Below are positions 1 to 16,222 of a stretch of DNA of 64,000 nt, piece after piece. Both the position numbers and the translations under genes were made by a program. Below the pieces are notes generated by a model. It saw nothing but the letters and a program-made list of their open reading frames with translations, was not told the origin of the DNA and searched no databases. This DNA is from a virus, in the IMG/VR virus record IMGVR_UViG_3300029258_003681; one strand, 5' to 3'. Within the stretch, counting starts at the first letter, position 1, and each line of letters opens with the position of its first letter.

Positions 1-1
1 T

Positions 2-1411
2 GTTAAGACCTGGGATGAGAAGATTCTTCCAGCGATGAAGGATGCGTACGCTTCGTTTGCTACTTGGATAGGTGAGGAGTGGCCCACTTGGTGGGAGACG
101 AAAATTAAACCAGGGATTATTTCTGGCATCAAGGCTTTCACAAAAGAGGGTGGCATTGGGAGTCAGATTTTTGATGCTATGAAGGACGTGTTTGGGGAGA
201 TTTGGAGTGAATTCGGGGTGGGTGGTGTTGCGGCTGTGGGCGGTTTGGCACTGTTGCTCGGGGGTGGGCCTACTGGTTTGATCGGGAGTGCTCTTGGTGG
301 TGCTCTCAAGGCTGGTTTCAATGTCACGGGTTCATTGGTTTCGAATCTCGTGGATGTTCTTGGGCCGCAGGGAACTGTAGGACTTGCCTTGGTTGCGGCA
401 GGGGTGGCGGTCGGAACTGCCATCAGTAAAGAATGGGAAGCTGCGGCTGATAGGCAGATGGGTTTGATTACTGAACTTGGTTATGGGACCGCAGGGGAGA
501 CGGCTGCTAAGGCTGGAACTTCCGAGCAGAAAATGAAGACGCTTGCTACGCTTGAGCAAAAACAGATAGATCTGAAGTATAGTGGCATTACGGGGACTGA
601 TATTGGTGACTTCTTCACGAGGACATTGTGGGGGGAGGAGACGCAGCGGGAGCAGGCGCTTGCGAACAATCTCAAGCAGATAGAGATTGTTAGAAGTTCT
701 ATTGAAGAAGACATGGGGGACATGCAGCGCATGACGGATGAGTTGATGTCGGGGGAGGAGTCTTTGGCGAGTGCGGCTATGTTTGAGGCCGAGACGTTAG
801 GCTATGTAGCTGATAGCGGCAAGGAGCTTATGACCAATCTTGCTGATGGGATAGACGAAGGTGCTCCATCTGTTAAAGAGGCGGCAGAGGGGGCTCTTAC
901 GGGCGTTCGAAATGTCGTGGAGGCGAAGTCTCCTCCTGCCGAAGGGCCGCTTTCTGCTGCGGCTGGTGATCCTCTCTACAATGGCGGCCTTGGAATGATG
1001 ATGGTGCTTGCGGATGGGATTAGTGATGGTGCCGAGATTGTCAAGGATGCGGTTGGGAATGTGCTCGAAGATTCGGTGATTATGACGCTTCAGTCGTATC
1101 AGGAAAAGGTCGGTGAGCTATCCCAGAAGAAGTCTCTCCTTCGTAGTGTGGCCCAGCAGATGGTTCGTGATTTCGGCGGGAAGTTGAGCCTGGGGACCGT
1201 GCAGATGGAGGGCGGAAACTTGAGCGCGAAAGAGACGTTTGAGGCTGCCCTGGAGATACCTGGTCTTGGTGGTGTGATTGCGGCGGTTGTGTCTGACGGT
1301 CATCAGACGCGAGTATTGCTGAAGAAGATCCAAGAGGATACGCATGTGATTGCCCAGTCCAAGGTGATACAGAGCAGTGGGCCGTCTGCGAGTCCTATTT
1401 TGCCCGATTAG
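2..1411 (+). CDS. Tape measure protein, C-terminal part (5' end outside window)
   Basis: Frame open from position 2; Ala/Gly-rich helical and hydrophobic segments; lies directly upstream of LysM-hub-spike genes. Confidence 0.75.
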   Translation, partial: VKTWDEKILPAMKDAYASFATWIGEEWPTWWETKIKPGIISGIKAFTKEGGIGSQIFDAMKDVFGEIWSEFGVGGVAAVGGLALLLGGGPTGLIGSALGGALKAGFNVTGSLVSNLVDVLGPQGTVGLALVAAGVAVGTAISKEWEAAADRQMGLITELGYGTAGETAAKAGTSEQKMKTLATLEQKQIDLKYSGITGTDIGDFFTRTLWGEETQREQALANNLKQIEIVRSSIEEDMGDMQRMTDELMSGEESLASAAMFEAETLGYVADSGKELMTNLADGIDEGAPSVKEAAEGALTGVRNVVEAKSPPAEGPLSAAAGDPLYNGGLGMMMVLADGISDGAEIVKDAVGNVLEDSVIMTLQSYQEKVGELSQKKSLLRSVAQQMVRDFGGKLSLGTVQMEGGNLSAKETFEAALEIPGLGGVIAAVVSDGHQTRVLLKKIQEDTHVIAQSKVIQSSGPSASPILPD

Positions 1412-1419
1412 GAGAATAG

Positions 1420-1803
1420 ATGCCTAAAGTTGATCCAGAGCCGAGAACGGATATTTTGAAGTCGGGGGCGCATTCTCCGATGCAATTTATGAAGGAGCAT
1501 TTGATCTTCGACTCAGAGCGGGATTCTCTGGTGCGATTTCGCGGGCCGTTTATCATGCCCTCATGGATTGGGGTGGAGGATAATGAGTTTGATTACGTGG
1601 TTCAGGAAAATTGGATCACCTTGTATCATATTGCGAAAGAAGCATACGATGATCCACTGTTGATGTTTGTGATTGCAGCGCGGAATCATCTCGACTTGCC
1701 AGATGCCCAGCTTTACAAGGGACAAATTCTCAAAATTCCGCACGCGGACTGGGTGGAAAGCAAATTGCTGCCGCAGGGTAGGCAACTGAGGAGCAATGCG
1801 TAA
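1420..1803 (+). CDS. LysM / tail protein X-like baseplate protein
   Basis: ENWITLYHIAKEAYDDPLLMFVIAARNHLDLPDAQLYKGQILKIP fits LysM pattern; position after tape measure. Confidence 0.75.
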   Translation: MPKVDPEPRTDILKSGAHSPMQFMKEHLIFDSERDSLVRFRGPFIMPSWIGVEDNEFDYVVQENWITLYHIAKEAYDDPLLMFVIAARNHLDLPDAQLYKGQILKIPHADWVESKLLPQGRQLRSNA

Positions 1804-3125
1804 TGGCTCTTTTTTCCGATCCTGTAGCGCAGGCTATTATCACCGATCCCGACAGTGGGGACGAGTGGAAATGGACGGCGCCGGAATATCCATTCCTGAT
1901 CGGATGCTCTCTTAATTATCAGCGTGGGCGTATTGCGATGTTCACTTTGAGTTTTGATGTCCCTTATGATTACGGCCTTGAAATGATGAAGCTGCCGAGT
2001 CCGTTCAAGCAGGGGAACCTGGTCAAGGCGAGGATTGGATATGGGACTGGCTTGTGGACCCCGTGGGCTGCGGGCTTTTTGAAGGCGGGGGGTGATGGCA
2101 TCACTCTTGATGCGAACGGTCTTTCTGGCCAGATCTCTGTGCAGGGTGTAGCTGAGAGCTATGGGTACACGGTGGATAAGGAGCTTCTCCGCAAGGCAGG
2201 GTGGGATCCTGTTGCGATTCTGTCTGCGTGTGCGGAGGGTATGGGCCTCAAGCCGATTATTTCTGCGGGGTCCAGCTCGGAGTTGAGTGCCTACAAATTG
2301 ATCGGTGATCGGCGTGGGAAGGCAATACGGGAGAAGACCTTTGATTTTTCCAGCAGTCTGCTCAATCTTTCATATTTCGAGGTTGTGAAGCGAATTTGCA
2401 ACGATTGGAATCTGGTTTATTGGATTGGTCCCGAGGTGGGATCGGCCGATCCTGGCAGGAATTTGTTTGTTTACACGCCAGCGGAGACGTCAAAGGGGGT
2501 CGATCAGGATGCGAATATTCGTACCTACATGATCAGGGGTGTTATTGACGAAGCGAACTTGACCTATCCGTGTTTTGCGTGGAGCCCCGAGGGTGATGGT
2601 GCTGTGGCGTGGCTCGCATCGCAGCCTGATTCTGCCGCTCATGGCGTAGATATAGGCTGGACGGATACGGACACGGGCGAAATTAAAGAGGATACGATAT
2701 CTCCCAAGGAACAGCCTGTGGCGATATGGGGGGTAGTGGCTGACGATGATCCAACGGACGTGAATGTGGATGGGATCAAAGGCGATGAGTCCAAGGCGGA
2801 CGGATCGAAAGGTGCTTTCGCGAGTATGCCTGTGGCTTCTGGGGGCGAGGAACGTCAGAAGAAGCAGATGCAGCATCGTCAACGGCAGGGGAATGCTGCC
2901 CAGCGTGGGACGATTACGGCTCTTGGGATTCCTGACGAAAGGGCTGGGAATTTGTGCAAGTTGCGCGGTGCTGGCGGGATATACGACGGCACTTACGAGG
3001 TGGATAAGGTGACCCAGGTTTTCGCTCCAGGAAGTTGGGAGATGACGTTGACTGTGCATCGCGAGGGTCAGGTTCTCAAGACGGGTGAGCAAGCGGAAAC
3101 ATCAGAGGGGCAGATGGCGTCATAA
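1803..3125 (+). CDS. Baseplate hub (late control D / gp27-like)
   Basis: 440 aa between LysM and spike; C-terminal GTITALGIPDERAGNLCKLRGAGGIYDGTYEVDKVTQVF is typical of hub proteins. Confidence 0.75.
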   Translation: MALFSDPVAQAIITDPDSGDEWKWTAPEYPFLIGCSLNYQRGRIAMFTLSFDVPYDYGLEMMKLPSPFKQGNLVKARIGYGTGLWTPWAAGFLKAGGDGITLDANGLSGQISVQGVAESYGYTVDKELLRKAGWDPVAILSACAEGMGLKPIISAGSSSELSAYKLIGDRRGKAIREKTFDFSSSLLNLSYFEVVKRICNDWNLVYWIGPEVGSADPGRNLFVYTPAETSKGVDQDANIRTYMIRGVIDEANLTYPCFAWSPEGDGAVAWLASQPDSAAHGVDIGWTDTDTGEIKEDTISPKEQPVAIWGVVADDDPTDVNVDGIKGDESKADGSKGAFASMPVASGGEERQKKQMQHRQRQGNAAQRGTITALGIPDERAGNLCKLRGAGGIYDGTYEVDKVTQVFAPGSWEMTLTVHREGQVLKTGEQAETSEGQMAS

Positions 3126-4105
3126 TGGTTGCTGGAAAAACCAGGGATGCGCTTCAGATGATAACCGACCCGATCGGGTGGTTGAAGAATGTCCTTGCGG
3201 ATATGACGAGGGGACTGGAGTGGTTTGCTGGGCGTTACTACGGCCTTTACGACGGGAAGGTAATAGACAACGCGGATCCCGAGGGGCGCGGGCGTGTGCG
3301 CGCTGTGTGCCCTGCTATACGGCTCACGAAGGCGGAGGATGTCAGCAATGACTTCTGGATGTTGCCTTCGATGCCTGGTCTGGGGACTGATCCTGAAACG
3401 GGTCAGTCTACAGGGGTTTTCCATCCGCCTGATGTAGGGACGAATGTTTGGGTTATGTTCCGATATGGAAACCCTGAGTTTCCTGTTTATATCGGCGGCT
3501 TTATGACGAAGAATAATGCGTCGGATACTTTTTCCAGTGAGGATGCGCTGAAGAAGGGGATTCGCACGAAGACTGGTCATTACTTGCGGATGAATGATGA
3601 TCCCGAGGATTTGAATTTGACGATCGGGCGTGGCGACGGTGATGGTGTGGAAACGCCAATGTTCTTGTCGTTTACGAAAGAGGGCCATACGATGTTGACC
3701 AATATCCTCGGGTCGACCCTCTATATGAATGGTGAAAAACCTGAGACAACGTTGATGACTGCTAACGAGGAAGGCCAAGTCACGGCGATGCTTATGCTGG
3801 GGGATGACAAGATTACTATGGCAACGAAGAGTGGAGGTGCCTACGGGATCAATGGAAAAGATCATACTGTAACTGGGGACAACATGATCGCGGATTGTTC
3901 AAAGGAGTTTGTGGCCAATTCGGGATCTGTTAAGCTGGGCAAAAATGCGATGGAGCCAGCGGTACGAGGGATGAAATTTATGCAGTGGAGCTTGTTGCAT
4001 CAGCATACGGTTGTGGTTCCAGCGCCTGGCTCAATAACTGGGCCAGGGCCGTTGCCTCCTCCGATGCTGTATAATGAGCTGTCGGAGAAAGTTTTTGTGG
4101 CGTGA
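3125..4105 (+). CDS. Baseplate central spike (gp5/gpV OB-fold)
   Basis: YYGLYDGKVIDNADPEGRGRVRAV, FHPPDVGTNVWVMFRYGNPEFPVYIGG; C-terminal HQH metal-binding tip. Confidence 0.85.
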   Translation: MVAGKTRDALQMITDPIGWLKNVLADMTRGLEWFAGRYYGLYDGKVIDNADPEGRGRVRAVCPAIRLTKAEDVSNDFWMLPSMPGLGTDPETGQSTGVFHPPDVGTNVWVMFRYGNPEFPVYIGGFMTKNNASDTFSSEDALKKGIRTKTGHYLRMNDDPEDLNLTIGRGDGDGVETPMFLSFTKEGHTMLTNILGSTLYMNGEKPETTLMTANEEGQVTAMLMLGDDKITMATKSGGAYGINGKDHTVTGDNMIADCSKEFVANSGSVKLGKNAMEPAVRGMKFMQWSLLHQHTVVVPAPGSITGPGPLPPPMLYNELSEKVFVA

Positions 4106-4108
4106 AAA

Positions 4109-4471
4109 ATGACGAGTAAGTGCAAAATACCGACGCCCCCTCTGCTCTCGCTAGCAATACCTATTCCTGCGATTCCGTTTGGGATCCCACCGCTCCCTAC
4201 GTTGCCATCGTTGCCCGATCTTCCGTCCATTCCTGGGATCAGCCTTTCGCTTCCGAGCTTGTCTCTGGCGATACCGATCCCTGCGATTCCGTTTGGATTG
4301 CCCCCACTTCCAAGTTTGCCGTCGTTACCTGATATTGCTGGGATCAGTCTTTCGCTTCCGAGTTTATCGTTGGCGATACCTATTCCCGCGATTCCATTCG
4401 GGCTTCCGCCGTTCCCGAGTCTTCCCGAGTTGCCCGAGATCCCGTCATGTCCGTTGGATGCGGCGGCATAA
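4109..4471 (+). CDS. Pro/Leu/Ser-rich tandem-repeat protein
   Basis: Three copies of LSLAIPIPAIPFG(I/L)PP with synonymous divergence; sits between spike and wedge genes. Confidence 0.6.
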   Translation: MTSKCKIPTPPLLSLAIPIPAIPFGIPPLPTLPSLPDLPSIPGISLSLPSLSLAIPIPAIPFGLPPLPSLPSLPDIAGISLSLPSLSLAIPIPAIPFGLPPFPSLPELPEIPSCPLDAAA

Positions 4472-4477
4472 AAGAGT

Positions 4478-4493
4478 GCGAACTCCAGTTCGC
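4478..4493. repeat. 16-bp palindrome copy 1 (GCGAACTCCAGTTCGC)
   Basis: Intergenic, after Pro-rich gene stop. Confidence 0.95.
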
Positions 4494-4507
4494 AATGATA
4501 GGATAGA

Positions 4508-4945
4508 GTGATGACAGCAGTGAACCAGGTCCCTTCTGTATTGAATTCAAAGATTGTGTTGAGTCTAAAGTTCCCTTTCCAGTTGGGGTCGACAGGGTTT
4601 CCTGAGATGGCTGATCCGAAGAAGGTGACATTTTATCACATCACCTCATTGCTCCTAACTGCAAAAAATGAGAGAGTAATGAATCCAGACTTTGGGGTGA
4701 GTATTCACTCCTACGTCTTTGATAATTTGACGCCGATTACAATGGCACGGATTTCGTCTGTTGTGTCAAGGAGTATTGAAATGTGGGTGCCAGGGGCGCG
4801 AGTGGAAAAGGTGGTTCCGACAATTCATAAGAATGAGGATGGGACGCAGTCTACGATTATCCTCGATATTCGGTACCGAGTGGCGAATCAATCGGTGCAG
4901 ATGCAGGTCCCTGTTCCAGTAGGGACGATTCAGGCTGCTGCATAA
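4508..4945 (+). CDS. Baseplate wedge protein, gp25/gpW-like
   Basis: LLLTAKNERVMNPDFGVSIHSYVFD, IEMWVPGARVEKV match gp25 family pattern. Confidence 0.85.
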   Translation: MMTAVNQVPSVLNSKIVLSLKFPFQLGSTGFPEMADPKKVTFYHITSLLLTAKNERVMNPDFGVSIHSYVFDNLTPITMARISSVVSRSIEMWVPGARVEKVVPTIHKNEDGTQSTIILDIRYRVANQSVQMQVPVPVGTIQAAA

Positions 4946-4955
4946 GGAGCGGTAA

Positions 4956-7211
4956 ATGGCAACGGATCCTTATAATCCCCTGGTACAAGATCTCGTTCCT
5001 CTGAACGAGGTGAAGTATGCGGCCAGGGACTATCCGAGTATTTTTGACTCACTTCTCCGTCGTCTGAAGGTTGAGTACGAAGGCGTTTACAACGACTACG
5101 CGACTACGACGCAGGGCATCATGTTTGTCGAGCTGATGGCTTACGCGACGGCGCAGTTGCAGTGGTATTTGGATCGTACCGCGAGTGATTGTTTCCTGGA
5201 GACTGCGCGCACGCGCGCGGCCGTAGCGCGGTTGGTCAAGCAGATCGGCTACAAGATGGGGGCTGCGGCAGCGGCTTCGACTGTCCTTACGTTGACTTTC
5301 CCTGATGGTACGACGGGGCCGTTTGTGATGCCTGCGCGCTGGCAGTACCAGGGGCCTGATGGGTTGATCTTCGAATCGTATGCGGCTTATAACCAGCCAG
5401 TGGCGTTGGCTCCTGGGGCGACAATCAGTGTTCCTGTGCGACAGGGTGAGACAAGGCTTCTTAGCTACACGGCCGACGGAGAAAAGAATCAGCAGTACCG
5501 CTTGACCAATATTGGTACAGATCGATATCTCGGGGACGGTACTGTAGATGCATGGTTCGACGGTTCTCTTTGGACGGAATCTGAATTCCTGGAGTTTGAG
5601 AAAACTAACCAGTACGAGGTTGGCTACAACGACGATCCTCCGATTGTGCAGTGTGGGGATGGGATTGCTGGGAATATTCCTCCTGTCGGGGCCGATGTTA
5701 AAATCCGTTTTCTCATCATTGATGGTGAGAAAGGGAACGTGAAGGCGAACACTATCACCTCCTCCATTGATTCTTTGTTGATCAGTGGCGAGGAGGTGAC
5801 TTTCACAGTTACGAATGTGGAAGGTGCGACGGGCGGAGAAGAGCCAGAGGATCCCGAGCGGGCCAAGAGGCTGGCGCCGTTTGCGTTTGCCGCTCGTGGT
5901 GCGGCGATCACTGAGCAGGACTACGAGGCGCTCTCAAGCAGTTATACTGATCCGACCTATGGCTCGGTGGCGAAAGCATATGCGTTCAATCCTCGCACGG
6001 CCTATGATGATGTTGTTTTTAACGGATATACCGATCAGATTGAGCAGTATCTGGATAACTATCTGAATGGTGGTGGTTCATTCACTGGCATGATTGCGCT
6101 GGAGGCACAGCTGAATGCAGATGCTGTGGCGTTATCTCCGTTGATCACGGCCATGACTTCGGATCTTGCAAATCTCGAAACATTACGTGGGGATTTGGAG
6201 ACGCAAGTAGGGACATCTCTGACGCAGACTGCGACGGCGAAATCGTCATCATCAACTGCGGAGGCTGCGGCGGATCTTTCTGTTTCTAATTGTGCCGACG
6301 CCAGTCTGGAGCTGAACAATCTAATTACGTATGTCCAGAGTCTTAGTTTACCTGCTGGTGAAGAGGCTGAGATTATTCGTAGGATCAATGTGGCTCTTCA
6401 GTCTATCGGGTTGGCGAGTGATAATTCATTGGCTGCACAGACGGCTGGCGGGACTGCTGCGACAGCACTTGCAACGACGATTAATGACTTCCTGAATCCT
6501 GCGTATGAGTCGATTACGGTGGTGGCGACGGCGCCTGCGTTTTCTATTCCATCTATCATCGCGGATATGACGGCTGATTTGACGGCGATCACTGATCTTG
6601 TTGAGGGGGTAGGTGGGTTGCAGGCTCAGATTGCAGCCATGGTTGGAGAAGCCCAGACTTTGGAGGATCTCATCCTTCCAGAGCTGGTGTTGATGCATGA
6701 TCGAATTGGGGAGTTGTTCGATGCGGATTGTATGAGTAATTATGTGCAAGTTCCAATCTTGAGTCTTGATGTGGACGGTAACTATTCAGCTCCTTCTGTT
6801 GGGTTGATGACGGGGCTCCAGACTTACCTGACCCAGATCAAGGAAGTGACGCAGCATGTTGAAGTAATTGATGGTAGTTCGATTCTGGTGCCTGCCGCGA
6901 TAGCGATCCTGTTGGAGGTTAACAAGGATGCGTATATCGAGGCGGAGGTTGTTTCGGATGTGGTTGCTACAGTTGTAGGGATGCTGAAGGGTCGTGACTT
7001 CAACGATCCGATGTACTTATCTGAATTGTACGAAAACGTAATGGACACTTCGGACGGAATTATCCGCGCGAATGTTGAAATTACTGGTCCCTCATTGATT
7101 CCATCAGTTATTGATAATGAGGGCAATCTGGTGCCTGCTCCGAATCAGGTGATTGTGTATGGCTCTCTCTTGATCACTGACAAGGACGGGAACACTTTGT
7201 ATCCGAGGTAA
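4956..7211 (+). CDS. Baseplate J-like wedge protein with large helical insertion
   Basis: ELMAYATAQLQWYLD, FLETARTRAAV, GGEEPED...AITEQDYEAL motifs; follows gp25. Confidence 0.85.
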   Translation: MATDPYNPLVQDLVPLNEVKYAARDYPSIFDSLLRRLKVEYEGVYNDYATTTQGIMFVELMAYATAQLQWYLDRTASDCFLETARTRAAVARLVKQIGYKMGAAAAASTVLTLTFPDGTTGPFVMPARWQYQGPDGLIFESYAAYNQPVALAPGATISVPVRQGETRLLSYTADGEKNQQYRLTNIGTDRYLGDGTVDAWFDGSLWTESEFLEFEKTNQYEVGYNDDPPIVQCGDGIAGNIPPVGADVKIRFLIIDGEKGNVKANTITSSIDSLLISGEEVTFTVTNVEGATGGEEPEDPERAKRLAPFAFAARGAAITEQDYEALSSSYTDPTYGSVAKAYAFNPRTAYDDVVFNGYTDQIEQYLDNYLNGGGSFTGMIALEAQLNADAVALSPLITAMTSDLANLETLRGDLETQVGTSLTQTATAKSSSSTAEAAADLSVSNCADASLELNNLITYVQSLSLPAGEEAEIIRRINVALQSIGLASDNSLAAQTAGGTAATALATTINDFLNPAYESITVVATAPAFSIPSIIADMTADLTAITDLVEGVGGLQAQIAAMVGEAQTLEDLILPELVLMHDRIGELFDADCMSNYVQVPILSLDVDGNYSAPSVGLMTGLQTYLTQIKEVTQHVEVIDGSSILVPAAIAILLEVNKDAYIEAEVVSDVVATVVGMLKGRDFNDPMYLSELYENVMDTSDGIIRANVEITGPSLIPSVIDNEGNLVPAPNQVIVYGSLLITDKDGNTLYPR

Positions 7212-7214
7212 GAT

Positions 7215-13106
<5,892 letters not shown>

Positions 13107-13120
13107 GGGGAGAATAGACT

Positions 13121-16100
13121 GTGCCTGGACCAAGTGACTCCAATAGTTATGGTTTTTTCGGACAGGGATACTGGGGTCGAAAGGTCTTCTGGGAGAAGAT
13201 TCCTGTTCAACATCGCGATCTGGATACAGCGGGTCATTTAGAGGGTCTCTTGAGGACGTGGGGGGACGAATGTGAGTCGTTTCTTCAGCAGATTTCCAGC
13301 CTTCCTCGACAGCGGGAACCGTATGAAGTCCGTGCACGCGAGGGTGAGCAGGAGTGGTTTTATTTCACTGAGGCATTGGAATATGAGGATGACTTCTGGG
13401 GCAATGTTATTCGTTTAGTCGGTGAGAAGCTCTATGCTGATATGCCGAACCATGACGAGGATGATACGCCCACGACGGATGCTGATGAGCTGGCTGAATG
13501 GTGGGCGTGGTGGCCATATGCTCCGATTTCGAAGATAGCTCGCTGGTGGGATTGCACATGGGCAGATGTGCCATATCACGTTGTTCGGGTACGGACTAGG
13601 AGTTTTGATTGGCCAGAAACGCCTTATGCAGCGGCCACATCTCAGGCGAACGAGGTGTGGTTGAGTGGCGGCGATCTTCGTATTTATTTTGATTATTTTT
13701 CGGATAGTGTTGTCTGGCGTGACGATTGGACAAGTGTTGGTAGTGGAGATGGTTCTGCGACGCCTGATATTGGGTTTCCGTATCTCCCCGTGCGGCTTGA
13801 GGCTAATGATACGGGGGCGGCTCCTTGGTTGACTGCAAATGCGAAAGTGCGAGTGCGTTTGGATCTGGTGACGGCGGGAGAAAACATTGATCTTTATGAC
13901 GTTCCTGATGGGACAGCGACAGAGACTGGAAATCTGTATCCTCAGACGATCGCGGCTACGAACACGGGCGCTACGATCAGCTTTGCGTTCTCGGGTAATG
14001 TGGTAACGATCACGGATACTTCATCTCCGTTTACAGCGGGCATGGTGGGTAAAACGATTCGGATCACTGGCACAACTTCTAACGATGGTGTGTTTGTGAT
14101 AGGGACCTTTATTGATGCTCAGAACGTCACATATACAAACGCGAGTGGTGCTGCTGAGGCGGGAGCGGTAGGAAATACTTGGGAGGTTGGCTCGGGCATA
14201 ATCAATACGGCGACTTCCTACGGCACTATCAATTATCAGACGGGAAAAGTTGTCCTCAATACAACGGGCGACACTACTGTGCCAGGCAGTGATATCGTAT
14301 CAAAGTGGTATGTGCGGGGATATTACGTCCCGTTTTATCCCCCGAGGATTATCGATCGGTTGGCGCGGGACTTTGGATTTGACAATGACAAGAACGACCC
14401 CGAGGATGTGCAGCGGTCAACGATTGCCAATATTACGAAGTATCATGGATTGAAAGCTACCCAGGATTCTTATCGAATTAGGGGGGAGATCAGTCTGTTT
14501 ACCGTGCATGCGCGCGCGCTATGGTTTATGTGTGACTCTGGCCTGTGGTCTTCTTTGACATCGGAACATCAGTTTTCTTATCACGGTGAACTCTATACAG
14601 ATGTGGATCCGCGCTATCTTCGTTTTGATGATATCGCTGCTGATCAGGAGTTTTGGGATCCAGATAGTTCTTCGTGGGAAACGTTGGTGGACAACGCCGT
14701 GATGTATGAGGATAGTTCGACAGATGGTTTTTCGATCGCTTTGGGTTATGCTCTGGATGTCACACAGGGGTCCTACGGCCGTGTGGCGCCCCCTCCTCAC
14801 CCTTCCTCGGCGACCTTGAGGGATGCGGCAGGCGTGATGTCTGCGGCGCTCCTGACGGACGCTGAGGCCCTTTCATACGGTTTTGAAGCTGGCTATCGTG
14901 TGGTGGTCCGCATGATGCGGTGTCAGGAGTATGCATTCAATTGGTCTAAGGGGCCGTTCGGGATCACCGAATATGATAAGGCGGCTGGCGTGGTGCCAGC
15001 ATTGGCTGATCCAGTTTTTTGGATTGATGCTGTTGAGGTTCCGTGGACTTTCAAAACTGCTGGCCCCACAATTGATGAGGATATTGGGGAATGGACCGTT
15101 ATTGTTGGTGTGGGCAAGGACTCTTCTGGTACTCCTTATCCGGGTCCGACAGTTGGTCATGGCGATATTATCGGGGTGAACACAGGGACGCGTACTTTTA
15201 CGCTATATGGAGATCACACGAGCACGATCCAGCCTGGCGAAACGGTGTCCGTGATTCGGTCAACTGGGAATGATGGATCTTATGTTGTGGCGGCGGTCAC
15301 TCTGGTTGGCTCTGATACTGCCGTGCAGGTTGTTGGCGTGGTTCCGAGTGCGGTTGTTGATGGCGAGATGACATGGCTTGATGCTGCCGTTCGGTATTAT
15401 CCTGCTGTTGATATTGGGAATTGTTGTTTTTGTCGATCCTATAAGATGCGGGTGGAGATTGAGCCGACTGCCGATGCTTATGATTTCTACGATACGAATG
15501 CGAAGTTGGATGCGGCGATCGACAGGATAAAGAACAAGATTGCTCCTCCGAGGGAGGGAGGAGTTGCGCGGCTTCGGTCTTCTATTATCCCTGTGCATGC
15601 GCGTGTGGTGGATTGGGCGATTACGAAGAGCTGGACCCTGGAGAATGTGTCCAACGGTAATACGATTGACGAAGAATTGATCGGTGAATTCTTGTCTGAT
15701 GATCTTGCAGATGTGAGTGATGTGAATGTGGGCGCCAGCACTTTCACGATCAATGGAGATCAGCGGAGGCATTTGGTGGCTGGCGAGGGCATTAGTATAC
15801 GAGGGTCTACAGCGAATGACGGTTGGTACACAATCAACAGTGTTACTCTGAATGCGAACGGTGAGGATACGGACGTGGAGGTGACCACTCCGATTGCTAG
15901 TGCGGTGGCCGATGGAAGTCTGTATCCTCTGCCGACGAAGATTCTGATGACGGTTGATCAGCGCGGAGATATGGGTGCTGCTCAGACGCAGCAGATGACA
16001 GTGTATGACCAGGTGGGCGCTGTGGCTTGGACTAAAACTGAAACGACAAATGTAAGTGATCCTAATACGTGGTATAACGTAGTGAGCGATGTGGATTTGT

Positions 16101-16219
16101 TGGCGGTTGGTAACCCAATTGGCAACAATTCTCCTGTCAAAATTGAAGCGATCGATACGGGAGGAATCACATACGGGGATGTGCGGTTCACCTTTACTGT
16201 TTCGAAGTATTCGAGGTAG
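13121..16219 (+). CDS. Baseplate/tail protein with P2 gpI-like domain and repeated beta domains
   Basis: PPRIIDRLARDFGFDNDKNDPEDVQRSTIANITKYHGLKAT resembles the Tail_P2_I core; GTG start. Confidence 0.65.
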   Translation: MPGPSDSNSYGFFGQGYWGRKVFWEKIPVQHRDLDTAGHLEGLLRTWGDECESFLQQISSLPRQREPYEVRAREGEQEWFYFTEALEYEDDFWGNVIRLVGEKLYADMPNHDEDDTPTTDADELAEWWAWWPYAPISKIARWWDCTWADVPYHVVRVRTRSFDWPETPYAAATSQANEVWLSGGDLRIYFDYFSDSVVWRDDWTSVGSGDGSATPDIGFPYLPVRLEANDTGAAPWLTANAKVRVRLDLVTAGENIDLYDVPDGTATETGNLYPQTIAATNTGATISFAFSGNVVTITDTSSPFTAGMVGKTIRITGTTSNDGVFVIGTFIDAQNVTYTNASGAAEAGAVGNTWEVGSGIINTATSYGTINYQTGKVVLNTTGDTTVPGSDIVSKWYVRGYYVPFYPPRIIDRLARDFGFDNDKNDPEDVQRSTIANITKYHGLKATQDSYRIRGEISLFTVHARALWFMCDSGLWSSLTSEHQFSYHGELYTDVDPRYLRFDDIAADQEFWDPDSSSWETLVDNAVMYEDSSTDGFSIALGYALDVTQGSYGRVAPPPHPSSATLRDAAGVMSAALLTDAEALSYGFEAGYRVVVRMMRCQEYAFNWSKGPFGITEYDKAAGVVPALADPVFWIDAVEVPWTFKTAGPTIDEDIGEWTVIVGVGKDSSGTPYPGPTVGHGDIIGVNTGTRTFTLYGDHTSTIQPGETVSVIRSTGNDGSYVVAAVTLVGSDTAVQVVGVVPSAVVDGEMTWLDAAVRYYPAVDIGNCCFCRSYKMRVEIEPTADAYDFYDTNAKLDAAIDRIKNKIAPPREGGVARLRSSIIPVHARVVDWAITKSWTLENVSNGNTIDEELIGEFLSDDLADVSDVNVGASTFTINGDQRRHLVAGEGISIRGSTANDGWYTINSVTLNANGEDTDVEVTTPIASAVADGSLYPLPTKILMTVDQRGDMGAAQTQQMTVYDQVGAVAWTKTETTNVSDPNTWYNVVSDVDLLAVGNPIGNNSPVKIEAIDTGGITYGDVRFTFTVSKYSR

Positions 16220-16222
16220 AAA

